Positions 20,077 through 31,339 of a DNA stretch of 64,000 bases are shown here, piece by piece. A program made the position numbers and the translations under genes. The notes under the pieces are model-generated. The model worked only from the letters and a program-made list of their open reading frames with translations, ran no database searches and had not been told where the DNA came from. Where the stretch lies: positions 34,497 through 98,496 of the forward strand of contig DAOVZK010000004.1 of NCBI GenBank assembly GCA_030635145.1, read 5' to 3'. Positions within the stretch are counted from its first letter, which is position 1. Every line of letters begins with the position of its first letter. This DNA comes from Planctomycetota bacterium. GTDB lineage: Bacteria; Planctomycetota; Phycisphaerae; SM23-33.

Positions 20077-21537
20077 TTACGCCGTGTACGTGCTCGCCGT
20101 GATGTTTCCACCCGTGCCCGTCCAGTTCGTGTGGAAGAATTCGCCACGCGGTTTGTCCAGACGTTCGTAGGTGTGTGCACCGAAGTAGTCACGCTGTGCC
20201 TGCAGCAAGTTTGCCGGTAGGCGTTCGCTACGATAACCGTCATAGTATGCCAACGCACTGCTGAAGGCAGGGGTTGGGATGCCGACGGTAATGGCACGCT
20301 TGACGGTTTCGCGCCATGCGGGTTGGCAGTCTTCGATAACGGCGCGGAAGTAGTCGTCCAGCAGCAGATTTTCCAGCTGCGGGTTTTTGTCGAATGCGTC
20401 GCGGATTTTTCCGAGGAACTGCGAGCGAATAATGCATCCGCCACGCCACATCAGTGCGATTCCGCCGTAGTTGAGGTTCCATTTGTATTCCTTGGCAGCT
20501 TCTCGCATGAGCTGATAACCCTGTGCGTAGGAAACAACCTTCGATGCGTAGAGTGCTTTGCGGATATCGGCGACGACTTGTTTTTTGTCCCAGTCGCTGG
20601 TGTTGGCTTCGGGGCCGTTGAGAACCTTCGATGCTTTGACACGTTCGTCTTTCATCGCGCTTAAGCAGCGTGCGAAGACGGCCTCGCCGATAAGCGTCAA
20701 CGGTTGGCCGAGATCCAATGCGGTAATGCCCGTCCATTTACCGGTGCCTTTTTGCCCAGCTGTGTCGAGAATCACATCAACCATCGCCTTGCCCGTTTCG
20801 TCGTCGTCCTTGGCGAGGATGTCGCGGGTAATTTCGATGAGATAGCTGTCAAGTTCGCCTTCGTTCCATTCGGCGAACACTTCGCTCATTTCCTGCGGGG
20901 TCATTCCGAGTCCGCTCATCATCTGGTAGGCTTCGCAGATCAGCTGCATGTCGCCGTACTCGATGCCGTTGTGAATCATCTTAACGAAGTGACCCGCACC
21001 GCCTTCTCCGACCCAGTCGCAGCAAGGTTCGCCCGTATCAGACTTCGCCGAGACGCTCTGGAAAATTTCCTTCACGTGCTCCCATGCCGCCGGTGAACCA
21101 CCGGGCATGATGCTTGGCCCGCGACGTGCGCCTTCCTCGCCACCAGAAACGCCCGTTCCGATGAACAGCATGCCTTTGTCTTCGACGTATTTGCAGCGGC
21201 GGATGGTATCGTTGAAGTTGCTGTTGCCACCGTCGATGATAATGTCGCCTTCTTCGAGGTGGGGCAGTACGGCGTCGATGAACTTGTCGACTGCGTCACC
21301 GGCCTTTACCAGCAACATTACGCGGCGAGGCCGTTTCAGCGAGGCGACGAATTCTTCAATGCTGTGAGTACCGATGACGTTGGTGCCCTTAGCTTCGTTT
21401 TCCATAAATGCGTCGACTTTTGCGACGGTACGGTTGAACACGGCGATCGTAAAATCATGATCGTTCATGTTCAGCACGAGGTTTTGACCCATGACGGCGA
21501 GTCCGATAAGACCTAGGTCTGCTTTTGCTTCTGACAT
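20077..21537 (-). CDS. gnd: 6-phosphogluconate dehydrogenase (decarboxylating)
   Basis: [24 protein letters not shown] and [10 protein letters not shown] motifs. Confidence 0.97.
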   Translation of the reverse strand: MSEAKADLGLIGLAVMGQNLVLNMNDHDFTIAVFNRTVAKVDAFMENEAKGTNVIGTHSIEEFVASLKRPRRVMLLVKAGDAVDKFIDAVLPHLEEGDIIIDGGNSNFNDTIRRCKYVEDKGMLFIGTGVSGGEEGARRGPSIMPGGSPAAWEHVKEIFQSVSAKSDTGEPCCDWVGEGGAGHFVKMIHNGIEYGDMQLICEAYQMMSGLGMTPQEMSEVFAEWNEGELDSYLIEITRDILAKDDDETGKAMVDVILDTAGQKGTGKWTGITALDLGQPLTLIGEAVFARCLSAMKDERVKASKVLNGPEANTSDWDKKQVVADIRKALYASKVVSYAQGYQLMREAAKEYKWNLNYGGIALMWRGGCIIRSQFLGKIRDAFDKNPQLENLLLDDYFRAVIEDCQPAWRETVKRAITVGIPTPAFSSALAYYDGYRSERLPANLLQAQRDYFGAHTYERLDKPRGEFFHTNWTGTGGNITASTYTA

Positions 21538-22066
21538 TTTCAAGTATCTCCTTCGATTTTTCTGATCAGTGTGATCGTCTAATTGTCTAATTGTCTAATT
21601 GTTCAAACCCCGCGAAGATATTTCCGGAGTGGTATTCTCTCTACAATACACCGCAGGAAACGGGTAGTTTATGGGCGGTTGCGCTCTTTATCAAGCTGAA
21701 TTTGCGTATGACCACAAATGGGCCGATAGATTGCATGCGGGTTCAATTATTCAGGACGATTGTTCAACGAGCATTGGGCAAAATGTAGCGTTGATTTATC
21801 TGCGCCTTGTACGGCGTACACCCTAATTTATTGATTAAATGCGGCCGATAACCCACGAACCATCCTCGACGAATCCGGTCTCTGTTTCCACTCGGAGCGG
21901 TGAAATGACCTGAGATATTGTTTTTTGGGGATGTTCTGTACTTACCGGGGATGAACTTTGGGCAAAAAAGTTAATGTTTAACAGCTATGTAGTGTCGATA
22001 AAGATCAGGTGAGTGTGCGGGTCTGCGCCCGGATACTACGGTTGCATTGTAAACGAGATGAGAAAA

Positions 22067-22909
22067 ATGAATCTAAAACAACAAAAATGGTTTTGGATCA
22101 GTGTACTTCTGGTCGCTGCGATTATGTCGTCGTCGGGTTGTTATAACCCCGAGGCGGTGAGGGAGTTCCTGCAGGAACCTCGCATTCCTGTTGCTACTAT
22201 GAACTATCGCGTTTTTCCTCCGGACGTTCTGCTGATAAGTTCCGAGAATATGGTCGAGTTGAAACCCGAGCTTGGGCGAAGGGGGCTTACAGTTCCGGTT
22301 CGCCCGGACGGTAAGGTTAACCTTCCGCTGCTGGGCGAGGTGTTTGTGGCTGGTATGACCATCAAGGAAATCGAGCGTGCCTTGCTGCGTGCTGCGGCGA
22401 AGTATTATTCCGAGGCGACGTTGGCGGTTGACATTATCGGGTACAACTCGCAGAGCTATTACGTTTTCGGGCAGGTGCAGTCGCCTGGTCGACTTCGATG
22501 GACCGGCCGCGATACGCTGCTCGACGCGCTGTCTAAGACGATATACCTCGACACGGCCTGGCCGGAACGAATCATAATCGTTCGTGGTGATTCACCGCAG
22601 GACGGTGGGTATTATCCCGGTAAAAATACAATGAAGTACACGATGACCGGCAAGCGATACGAGCGGCAGGGTCGCCCGCGTAAGAAGATGGTCATCAACG
22701 TTTACGCGATGGTCAGAGAGGGCGACTTGTCGAACAATATTCTGCTCATGCCGAACGATATTGTTTACGTGCAACGTAATCCATTCGCGACTGTGGCGTT
22801 CTGGATGTCGCAGCTCAAGGCGCCTGTCAGCGAAGCCAGAGGTGCTATAACCGACTGGCGAGCAATTGTGGACAAAAATACCGACGATAGTGTGTGGGTA
22901 AGTAACTAA
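22067..22909 (+). CDS. Polysaccharide export outer-membrane lipoprotein (Wza-like)
   Basis: Lipobox SSGC; PVRPDGKVNLPLLGEV Poly_export motif; SLBB region. Confidence 0.85.
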   Translation: MNLKQQKWFWISVLLVAAIMSSSGCYNPEAVREFLQEPRIPVATMNYRVFPPDVLLISSENMVELKPELGRRGLTVPVRPDGKVNLPLLGEVFVAGMTIKEIERALLRAAAKYYSEATLAVDIIGYNSQSYYVFGQVQSPGRLRWTGRDTLLDALSKTIYLDTAWPERIIIVRGDSPQDGGYYPGKNTMKYTMTGKRYERQGRPRKKMVINVYAMVREGDLSNNILLMPNDIVYVQRNPFATVAFWMSQLKAPVSEARGAITDWRAIVDKNTDDSVWVSN

Positions 22910-22940
22910 TAACCAGACCGAGTCTATCGACCTTTAAAAT

Positions 22941-24572
22941 ATGCCTGAAACTGCAAAAAAAATTACACCACGCGACATAATGCGAATAATCTACGGAAGG
23001 CGGTACGTGTTCCTGATTTCGTCGGCGTTGTTTGCGATTTTGGTGTTTCAGGGTGCCCAGAAGGGGATATCGAAAAAATATACGGGCATGGCGAAGTTAG
23101 AGCGGCGGAGTGATATTACGGTTGATAACGAATCGTCGCGCGGGGCAGAGTCTTTTGCGACGCTCAAGCGTACGCTGGTTCAGGAACTCATCGGCCCGGG
23201 GGCACTTTCCGATCTTATCGATCATCTCAAACTCACAGCTGGTCTGCCTCGGGAAAATGGAATTCTTACTTCCAAGGGCCAACGCGAAAAGCACCGGATT
23301 ATCGAAAAGATCCGTGCCGGGTTAAGCGTAAAATTTGCGGTTCAATCTGAAACCGTGGACATAGTCGTTATTACATATACCGGCACTAATCAGCAGCAGG
23401 TTCCGGATGTGCCGAATTTTCTCGTCAAGCGATACATTGATTCTTCGCAGGAGGCGGTGAAAAAGCGATTAAAGGCCAGTCAGGATTATCTCACAAAGCG
23501 TCTTGGCGACACAAGCAAGGAACTCGCGAGGCTTGAGTCTCTTAAGACTGAATTTGAAGCCGAGAACGTCGGGATGACGGGCGATTCGCCAGCGTACCTT
23601 GCCGAGCAAAAACAAAAAGCCATGATGTTCCTTGAGATCGAAGAAGCCAAGCTCACCGACGCCCAAAAGAAACTCGCCCAACTCGAAGCCATCCAAGAAG
23701 GTGGTGATTCCACAGAGAAAATCTACGGGCCTAACCCGGCGGTCCAAAGACTCAGCACAGATTTGCGAGTTTATCAGGATGAGCTGGAAAGGTCGATTTC
23801 GTTGAGGCATATGACCGAAAAGCATCCCACGGTTATCGCTTTGCGTGCCAGCATTGCGATGGTTAAGAGACAGCTGCAAAAAACCAAACCGCAGATTCTC
23901 TTGCAGACGGTTTACAGCACGGCTGAGGGGTTAGAGTCGCTGCTAAGCCAACTCGCCGCCGCCCAGGCAGACGTCGAAGCACTTGCCAAACGCGTCGAGT
24001 ACCGAAAAATAACCGTAAACGAGCTCAAACGCCTGCTGGGTCAATATCCAGGGGTTCACAAGCGATATGTGGTTATCGAAACAGAGTACAAGGAAATCAA
24101 AGACCTCACCGACACCTACCGCCGCAAGCTTCGCGACGTGACCGACAAAATGCACGCCGAGGCAGAAGACCGCCGAACACTACTTACCCAGGTAAGAATG
24201 GCTGAGATGCAGTACATTCCCTCGTCGCCGAAACTGAAAATGCTTTTCGCATTTGCGATTATCGGCGGATTGGGCGTTGGCGGCGGATTGGCGTTTTTGT
24301 TGAGCATAATGGATCCGAAAATCAGCGACATCGACCCGCTGTCACAGGAATTTGACATGCCTGTTTTTGGAACGATAAGCGAACTTACAACTGTCGGGGT
24401 GCGAGCCAAACGCAAACTGCGTAAGATTATTCTGATTCCTACAATTTCCGTGGTGCTGTTTGTCGTGCTGGTAATTTCCGCGATTACCACATACTGGTGG
24501 TTGCTCATCCCCGACGAATACGCCATGTGGCAGGATGCACCTATAGGATATTTGTTTGAAAAATTGCTTTGA
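22941..24572 (+). CDS. Polysaccharide chain-length determinant (Wzc/GumC-like, no kinase domain)
   Basis: N-terminal TM, long coiled coil with TEKHPTV, PSSPK followed by TM. Confidence 0.8.
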   Translation: MPETAKKITPRDIMRIIYGRRYVFLISSALFAILVFQGAQKGISKKYTGMAKLERRSDITVDNESSRGAESFATLKRTLVQELIGPGALSDLIDHLKLTAGLPRENGILTSKGQREKHRIIEKIRAGLSVKFAVQSETVDIVVITYTGTNQQQVPDVPNFLVKRYIDSSQEAVKKRLKASQDYLTKRLGDTSKELARLESLKTEFEAENVGMTGDSPAYLAEQKQKAMMFLEIEEAKLTDAQKKLAQLEAIQEGGDSTEKIYGPNPAVQRLSTDLRVYQDELERSISLRHMTEKHPTVIALRASIAMVKRQLQKTKPQILLQTVYSTAEGLESLLSQLAAAQADVEALAKRVEYRKITVNELKRLLGQYPGVHKRYVVIETEYKEIKDLTDTYRRKLRDVTDKMHAEAEDRRTLLTQVRMAEMQYIPSSPKLKMLFAFAIIGGLGVGGGLAFLLSIMDPKISDIDPLSQEFDMPVFGTISELTTVGVRAKRKLRKIILIPTISVVLFVVLVISAITTYWWLLIPDEYAMWQDAPIGYLFEKLL

Positions 24573-24697
24573 TTAGGATACGACTCCGAATTTTGAACGG
24601 AATGATAACTGGATGTTTTAAATGGAGCGATAATTTGAAGTAGCGGAAACGTTATTTAAACGAAACGACAACCTAAAGAAACAGAAACGTTATTTAA

Positions 24698-26344
24698 ATG
24701 TACTTGGAATTTTACAAACTGAATGAACTACCTTTTTCGCTGACGAGCGAAGAGAAGTTTTTCTACGAAAGCCCCGTCCACGCCGAGGGTCTTGCGAATA
24801 TCATCTACGCCGTGCGAAATTCCAAAGGGTTTGTTGTGCTTGCGGGCGATCCGGGAACGGGTAAGACGTTTCTGCTGAACATGATGGCTAATCGTTTGGG
24901 TACTCATTCTATTGTCATTCCGATTTCCAGCTCACTGCGAAACGGATTGCAGCTGTTCAGGGATATCAGCACGCAACTTGGGATGCGGTTGGATAAAGAT
25001 ACCGACGAGGACACGCTGCGGTACGAAGTTGAGCGGCAGATCGTGAGGATGGCGAATCGCGGGCGACTTTTGGTGATAACAATCGACGAGGCACAGGAGC
25101 TGACGGAAGGTATACTGCAGGAGTTGCGTTCGCTGAGCGTGCTGGAGCAGTCCGGTAAGCATGCCGTTCAGATAGTGCTTGCCGGTGAACCGCAGCTGCT
25201 GGAAAAACTCAAGAGCGATCCCAAATGGGAGGGCATCCAGCAGAAGGTGGCTCTGTGCTACCAGCTGGGACATCTCTCGCAGGAAGACACGTCGGAGTAT
25301 ATCGATTTTCGACTGAACGTAGCTAGCGGCGAGGAAACGCAAGTTGATTTTGCACCCGACGCCCGCGAAGAAATCTTCAAATCCAGCGACGGTATCCCGC
25401 GAGTTGTTAACGTGCTTTGCGACAACGCGCTGCTGACGGGTTTTACGGAATCGACGCATACGATTGACGCGGGAATCGTAAAAACCGTCGTCGAAGATAT
25501 GGCATTTTGGGGTACGCCGTTTGCCGGTGGGGGCGATGGTGAGGGCGACGCAGTCCAGCCGGGCGTCAAATCAGCCAAGCCGCGAATGACTCCGCACGAA
25601 ATTCTCGCCGCTGCCCAGGAAATGCCCGTTTCGCAAAGCGCCACACCTGAGGTTTCCGTCACAGCTATCGACTCCAGGATAAAAGGTTCGGAACTGCTCG
25701 TCACGCAGCAGGATCGCGGTGGATACATTGCAGAAGAGTATCGTGCCTTGCGAACGAATCTGTTGGCAGTGGCTGATGACGAAAAATTCTGCTACGTCAT
25801 AACCTCCCCGGAACAGGGCGACGGAAAAACGCTGACGTCGATAAACCTTGCGATGGTGATGCTCGAACGTTTGGACTATCGTACGATTCTGGTCGATTGC
25901 GATTTGCGGCGGAACAACATGGCGTCGTATTTTGACGCCCCGGATTCGCCTGGTCTCGCGGAAGTTTTGCGCGGCTCGGCCAGCCTCAAAGAAGTAATCC
26001 AATCGACGCCGTATCCGAATTTGTTTTTCGTCCCAGCCGGTAAGGCAGCCCCCGCAGAAATCGGCGAACTCGTCGGTGGACCTGAAATGGTGGACGTAAT
26101 CGCCGAACTTCGCCGCAGCAACGACTACATCCTTATAGATACCCCGCCGATAAATCGATTCCCCGACGCCGGAATGATCGGTCTGGCAGCTGGGGATGCA
26201 CTAATCGTCGTACAGAAGGGAAAAACCCACACAGAGGCGGCCCGCAAGGCAGTACGGCTGCTGCACGCGGCGAACGTGCACGTCGGCGGGTTCATCTTCA
26301 CCAGTTGGAAACACACACTACCGCAAATGACCTATAATGTATGA
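24698..26344 (+). CDS. ExeA/PrsA-like AAA ATPase fused to a CpsD/CapB tyrosine-kinase-like domain
   Basis: MYLEFYKLNELPF, GDPGTGKT, DEAQ and GIPRVVN in the first domain; SPEQGDGKT, DCDLRR and DTPP in the second. Confidence 0.85.
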   Translation: MYLEFYKLNELPFSLTSEEKFFYESPVHAEGLANIIYAVRNSKGFVVLAGDPGTGKTFLLNMMANRLGTHSIVIPISSSLRNGLQLFRDISTQLGMRLDKDTDEDTLRYEVERQIVRMANRGRLLVITIDEAQELTEGILQELRSLSVLEQSGKHAVQIVLAGEPQLLEKLKSDPKWEGIQQKVALCYQLGHLSQEDTSEYIDFRLNVASGEETQVDFAPDAREEIFKSSDGIPRVVNVLCDNALLTGFTESTHTIDAGIVKTVVEDMAFWGTPFAGGGDGEGDAVQPGVKSAKPRMTPHEILAAAQEMPVSQSATPEVSVTAIDSRIKGSELLVTQQDRGGYIAEEYRALRTNLLAVADDEKFCYVITSPEQGDGKTLTSINLAMVMLERLDYRTILVDCDLRRNNMASYFDAPDSPGLAEVLRGSASLKEVIQSTPYPNLFFVPAGKAAPAEIGELVGGPEMVDVIAELRRSNDYILIDTPPINRFPDAGMIGLAAGDALIVVQKGKTHTEAARKAVRLLHAANVHVGGFIFTSWKHTLPQMTYNV

Positions 26345-27393
26345 GCCAGCAACCCCAACAATCCCCGCTCGACATTCGCCCCTGCAACATCGCTGATTGC
26401 GCAGAGTGGGATTCTTACGTCCGCTCGAAACCCGAGGCCACTGTCTTTCACACCGCCGCCTGGAACGAGAGCGTCCGCAAAGCATACGGGCACGAACCGC
26501 GGAATTTGGGGGCATGGGCGAATGGCAAGTTAGTCGGGGTCTTACCGCTGTTTGAAGTCAAAAGCGTTTTCGTCGGAAAGGTGCTGGTGTCGATTCCGTA
26601 CGCGACTTACGGTGGGGTGGTGGCCGACACTTCCGAAATCGCACAAGCGATTCTGACAGAAGCTCAAAACATCGCCAGGCAGCATGACATCGAATATCTC
26701 GAATTGCGAAACCGCGAACCGAGTGGTTTTGATTTGCCGGTAAATGATCGCTACGACACCTTCCGCCAGCAACTACCCGAAAATCCGCAGGATATTTTGC
26801 CGTCGCTGCCGAAAAAGGCCCGCGCCGCCGCCCGCCACGGACTCGAAGAGTTCACCGTCGATATCGACAGCAAATGGCTGGATACGATTTACGATTTGTA
26901 TTCGATTACGCTGCGGCGGTTGGGGTCGCCGAACTACAGCAGGAAATTTTTCCGCCAGCTGCAAACCCAATTCGGCGACGATTGCGTCTGTCTCGTTGTC
27001 TTAAAAGATGGCAAACCCGTGGCTGGTGTCGTCAGTTACGTTTTTCGCGATGAGCTGGTGGCGTATTTTTCCGGTTCGATCCCCGGAGCCTCCCGCACCA
27101 ACGCCAGCAACGTGATGTACCTCAAACTCATGGAGCATACGGTTGAGCGTGGGTTGCGATGGTTCGATTTTAATCGCACACGCCGCGACAACAACGGCCC
27201 GCATGCATTTAAGCGGCACCTCGGATTTACGCCCACACCGCTGTGCTACCAGACGTGGCTGAACAAAACTCAGGAGCTGCCTAACCTTTCGCCGAGCAAC
27301 CGCAAATTCGCGGCGGCTGGTAAGGTGTGGCGGAAAATGCCGCTGTGGTTTACGAAAGCGGCGGGCGGAAAAATTACAAAGTGGATTCCCTGA
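26341..27393 (+). CDS. FemAB-like GNAT protein, PEP-CTERM/XrtA-system associated
   Basis: LVSIPYATYGG, FDFNRT, PNLSPSNRKF and WRKMP motifs. Confidence 0.85.
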   Translation: MSQQPQQSPLDIRPCNIADCAEWDSYVRSKPEATVFHTAAWNESVRKAYGHEPRNLGAWANGKLVGVLPLFEVKSVFVGKVLVSIPYATYGGVVADTSEIAQAILTEAQNIARQHDIEYLELRNREPSGFDLPVNDRYDTFRQQLPENPQDILPSLPKKARAAARHGLEEFTVDIDSKWLDTIYDLYSITLRRLGSPNYSRKFFRQLQTQFGDDCVCLVVLKDGKPVAGVVSYVFRDELVAYFSGSIPGASRTNASNVMYLKLMEHTVERGLRWFDFNRTRRDNNGPHAFKRHLGFTPTPLCYQTWLNKTQELPNLSPSNRKFAAAGKVWRKMPLWFTKAAGGKITKWIP

Positions 27394-27441
27394 ACGAAGT
27401 TTTTAGGCAAGTAGGCTTTGTAATATTTAAAATTAAAACTG

Positions 27442-27638
27442 AATATCCAATATCCAACACGGAATTTCCAACCGATGAAGGAGGGAGCTTCTTTTCTGTC
27501 ATCCTCGCGAAAGCGGGGATCCAGGAAATGTAGAAACGATGTGGGAAAGCTCTGGATCCTCGATCGGGGTCGAGGATGACGAAGAGGCTCTTGCCTTGGA
27601 CATTGGAATTAAAAATTCCGTGTTGGATATTGGATATT
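27442..27638. repeat. Inverted-repeat element copy 2, with nested GTCATCC palindrome (27497-27580)
   Basis: Same ends as 19789-19979. Confidence 0.8.
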
Positions 27639-27701
27639 GAAATTTTTATATAATGATACGTGCGGTTCTTAGTCAACTTTTTGGAAGTGAGCCAAGCAAA
27701 T

Positions 27702-28907
27702 TTGAAAAAGTTACTATACATTTCGCATCGGTTGCCGTTTCCCCCCGACAAGGGCGAGCGGGTGCGTGCGTTTCAAGAGATTCGTGCTTTGAGCGAGCGG
27801 TTCGACGTTACCGTCGCTGCCCTGTGTCATAATGAATCTGACCGCCGGGCGGCTGGGGAATTGTCAAAGTGTTGCAGCAAGCTCATTACTGCTTCGATAA
27901 AGGGCAAACCGAGCTTGCTTCGGGCAGGTGCAGCAATGATGCTTGGCAAAAGTCTCAGCGAAGTTTTTTTCCACAGCAGTGAACTTATGCGAAAAATTCG
28001 CGCCGCCTCGAAAGATACCCCGTTTGATATTGTGGTGGGATATTCGTCTGTGATGCTGCCGTACGTGCTGCAGGCCGACGCCCTCGCGAGAGTGATGGAC
28101 ATTGTTGATGTAGACAGCGACAAGTGGGAGCAATACGCCGCAAAGGCGCGGTTCCCGATGAGCTGGTTGTATCGGCGCGAGGCGAAAAAAGTGCGCCGCC
28201 TGGAGCAAACGGCACTGAAAAAATGCAGCGCCGCCGTCGTTGTAACCCAGCGCGAAAAAAATATGCTGGGCGATTCGCAAAGCGCTGTGCATGTGATATT
28301 CAACGGGGTTGATTGCGATTATTTTTCACCGGATAGCGTTTCGCCTGCGGATATAGGCCCGCACGGATTAGTGTTTACCGGCACGATGGACTACAAGCCA
28401 AACGTCGACGCGGTCTGCTGGTTCGCCGCCGAAATTTTCCCCACGATTAAAGCGAAGATTCCCGATGCGACGTTTACGATTGTCGGGCGGAACCCCAAAC
28501 CCGCCGTGCAGCGATTGACGGAGGTCGAGGGCGTAACCGTTACCGGCACTGTTGCAGATGTCCGCGGATACCTCTCCGCCGATGGGGCCATCGCCGTGTG
28601 CCCCATGCGTCTTGGATGCGGGGTGCAGAACAAGGTACTCGAAGCGATGGCGATGCAGCGGGCGGTGGTTACGAGTCGCGAATCGGTCGGCGGATTAGAC
28701 GCCGTCGATGGTACGCATCTGGTGGTTGCCGATACCCCCGAAGACTGGACGCGAGAAATTCTGCGACTGTTTGCTGATGCAGCAGCTCGCGAGAAAATCG
28801 CCCGCGCCGCGCGCGAATTCGTCGCGCAAAATTACACGTGGGCAGGGCGGTTGGGGCCGTTGGTGAATTTATGCGATGAGCTTTCGCAGCAGGGGGGCGA
28901 GCGATGA
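27702..28907 (+). CDS. GT4 glycosyltransferase, PEP-CTERM system type (TIGR03087-like)
   Basis: HRLPFPPDKGE, DVDSDKW, FTGTMDYKPNVDA and NKVLEAMA motifs. Confidence 0.88.
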   Translation: MKKLLYISHRLPFPPDKGERVRAFQEIRALSERFDVTVAALCHNESDRRAAGELSKCCSKLITASIKGKPSLLRAGAAMMLGKSLSEVFFHSSELMRKIRAASKDTPFDIVVGYSSVMLPYVLQADALARVMDIVDVDSDKWEQYAAKARFPMSWLYRREAKKVRRLEQTALKKCSAAVVVTQREKNMLGDSQSAVHVIFNGVDCDYFSPDSVSPADIGPHGLVFTGTMDYKPNVDAVCWFAAEIFPTIKAKIPDATFTIVGRNPKPAVQRLTEVEGVTVTGTVADVRGYLSADGAIAVCPMRLGCGVQNKVLEAMAMQRAVVTSRESVGGLDAVDGTHLVVADTPEDWTREILRLFADAAAREKIARAAREFVAQNYTWAGRLGPLVNLCDELSQQGGER

Positions 28908-30046
28908 TCGAAGGTAAAACCATCCTGTGTTTCGCCAGCGGGTATGACGCACCACCGACCAGCAAGCATCACGTAATGCACCTGCTGGCCGAACGCAACA
29001 CCGTGCTATGGATAAATTATCACGCATCGCGAAAACCATCGGCCAGCGCGTCGGATATGGGATATGTCGCACAAAAATTGCGGGAGGTTTTTCGCGGCGT
29101 GCAAAATCCGCGAAAGAATCTTTACGTTCTCACTCCGCTAGTGCTTCCGCTGCCAGGTGCCGGATTCGCCAAGCGAATCAATCGTATGCTGCTGAAACGT
29201 CAGATTCGCAAAGTGCTGCGAAAAATTTCTGGCGGGGCATTGCAGATATGGTCGTTCGCACCGGATGTGGGATATCTTATAGATGCGTTTGCCCCCGAGA
29301 AGGTCGTTTACTATTGCGTGGACGATTTTGCGAACTTCACCGGTTACGATGCCCAGCAGGTTTTGCGCGATGAGCGAGAGCTTGCGGAAAAGTCGGACTT
29401 GGTTGTGACGACATCGCAGCAATTGCAGGACAGCAAGGCGGGGCTGAACCCGAACACCATTTGCGTTCCGCACGGTGTGGATTACGACCATTTCGCAATG
29501 GCTTGCACGGAAACTGTTCAAATTCCCGACGATTTGAAAGAAATTGCTAACCCCCGTGTCGGATTTTTCGGGCTGATCCGCGATTGGGTCGATCTCGATT
29601 TGCTCGCAGAAGTGGCACGCAAACGAAGCGACTGGAACATCGTGCTGCTGGGCGATTCGGACATCGATCTCGCACCGTATCGCGAAATTCCCAACATGCA
29701 TTTTCTCGGGAACCGACCCTACGCGGAACTGCCGAATTATTGTGCGGGATTCGATGTTGGAGTGATTCCGTTTGTGCTAAACGAGTTGACGGCGGCGGTG
29801 AATCCGATCAAGTTGCGGGAGTATCTCGCAGCTGGGCTTGAAGTTGTTTCGACGCCGCTACCGGAAGTGCAGAAATATTCTCCGCCCGTACGAATCGCCG
29901 CGACCGCGGATGAATTCGTAAAAATGATAGCCGCCGCGCTCGCCGCCGACCCGCAAATCGCAAAGCAATACGCCGACAATATGAAAAATGAAAAATGGGA
30001 ATCGAAACTCGAAAAAATTTCACATAGTCTAAATCCGAAACATTAA
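28904..30046 (+). CDS. GT4 glycosyltransferase (TuaH-like)
   Basis: YYCVDD, PHGVD and NPIKLREYLAAG motifs. Confidence 0.85.
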   Translation: MIEGKTILCFASGYDAPPTSKHHVMHLLAERNTVLWINYHASRKPSASASDMGYVAQKLREVFRGVQNPRKNLYVLTPLVLPLPGAGFAKRINRMLLKRQIRKVLRKISGGALQIWSFAPDVGYLIDAFAPEKVVYYCVDDFANFTGYDAQQVLRDERELAEKSDLVVTTSQQLQDSKAGLNPNTICVPHGVDYDHFAMACTETVQIPDDLKEIANPRVGFFGLIRDWVDLDLLAEVARKRSDWNIVLLGDSDIDLAPYREIPNMHFLGNRPYAELPNYCAGFDVGVIPFVLNELTAAVNPIKLREYLAAGLEVVSTPLPEVQKYSPPVRIAATADEFVKMIAAALAADPQIAKQYADNMKNEKWESKLEKISHSLNPKH

Positions 30047-30182
30047 ATCCGAAATCCTAAACAATATCGAATTTTCAAAATCCAAATTTTCAAAACAAAA
30101 ATGTCAGAATCATCAATTGTAATCATTTCAGATTTTGACTATTTGAATTTCGCATTTGTTTAGAAATTAGCATTTCGAGTTT
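30029..30182. repeat. AT-rich inverted-repeat element (AAATCC family), copy 3
   Basis: Shares AAATCCTAAACAATATCGAAT with copy 1. Confidence 0.65.
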
Positions 30183-30246
30183 GTTTTTATGTCTCGTGGC
30201 AAAAAAAACGGGAATTTTTGCAGCTTAATTACCGAATAGTATAGTA

Positions 30247-31155
30247 ATGGACAAGATGACTAAAATTGCGGCCGGTAGTCCCGGGGCGGAGATACCGTGT
30301 GTTGGCAGCCCCGAGGAAGTTCCCACGCTTGTTATCAAGCCCAAGCGTGGTTGGCTTGGCGTGGACTTTGGCGAGCTGATGCATTACCGCGAGCTGCTGT
30401 ACTTTTTGGTATGGCGTGACCTTAAGGCCCGCTACAAACAAACGGTTATCGGTGCGGGGTGGGCGATTTTGCAGCCCGTTATTTCGATGATTGTATTTTC
30501 GGCTATTTTCGGACGGCTGACCGGCATCAAGACCGAAGGCGTGCCGTATCCGGTTTGGGTTTATGCGGCGTTGCTGCCGTGGACGCTGTTTTCCAACTCC
30601 GTCAGCCAATCGTCCATCAGTCTCGTGTCGCAAACAAGCCTGTTTACGAAAATTTACTTCCCGCGTTTACTAATCCCGTCCTCTAGTGTGGGCGTGGCGG
30701 TGTTGGACTTCTGCATGGCATTTGTCGTGTACTTCGGCATTCTGAGCTACTACGTTTTCGGTAAAGGGTTATATTCCCTGCTGCCGGGGTTATCGATTCT
30801 TCTGCTGCCTGTGCTGATTTTTCTAATCGTAATCGCCGCCCTCGGTGTCGGATTTATCATGTCGTCACTCACGCTGAAATATCGCGACTTTCGATCGGTC
30901 ATTCCGTTTATGATGCAAACTTGGATGTTTATTAGCCCCGTCGTTTGGCCGTCATATCTTCTGGGCTTCACCAACAAGTGCCTCATGTCGATCAACCCGA
31001 TGTTTGGGCTGATCATGAGCTTTCAGGATGTTATGCTCGGACGGCCGATAGAGTGGCTGATGCTTGGCATCTCAGCGACGGTTTCGGTTTCGGTGTTTAT
31101 TTTCGGACTTTACTACTTCGGTCGCATGGAGCGGCGTTTTGCGGATATAGCTTAG
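30247..31155 (+). CDS. Polysaccharide ABC transporter permease (Wzm-like)
   Basis: RDLKARYKQTVIG, KIYFPR and ERRFAD motifs. Confidence 0.9.
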   Translation: MDKMTKIAAGSPGAEIPCVGSPEEVPTLVIKPKRGWLGVDFGELMHYRELLYFLVWRDLKARYKQTVIGAGWAILQPVISMIVFSAIFGRLTGIKTEGVPYPVWVYAALLPWTLFSNSVSQSSISLVSQTSLFTKIYFPRLLIPSSSVGVAVLDFCMAFVVYFGILSYYVFGKGLYSLLPGLSILLLPVLIFLIVIAALGVGFIMSSLTLKYRDFRSVIPFMMQTWMFISPVVWPSYLLGFTNKCLMSINPMFGLIMSFQDVMLGRPIEWLMLGISATVSVSVFIFGLYYFGRMERRFADIA

Positions 31156-31169
31156 TTTTTTTGATTAAT

Positions 31170-31308
31170 TGTCATTGCGAGGAGCGTAGCGACGCGGCAA
31201 CCCCTAGCAGGGGCGGCAATCGGCAATGCCAGAGTTAAGGGCGGTGTGACCGTAGCGATTATTATTGCCTCTGCTGCTAGCGGCGAGATTGCTTTGCTCG
31301 CAATGACA
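31170..31308. repeat. GTCATTGCGAG...CTCGCAATGAC palindromic repeat
   Basis: Terminal inverted repeat is directly visible; lies between wzm and wzt. Confidence 0.75.
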
Positions 31309-31339
31309 TAAAAACATGTTTTCAACAAAAAAATAAAAA

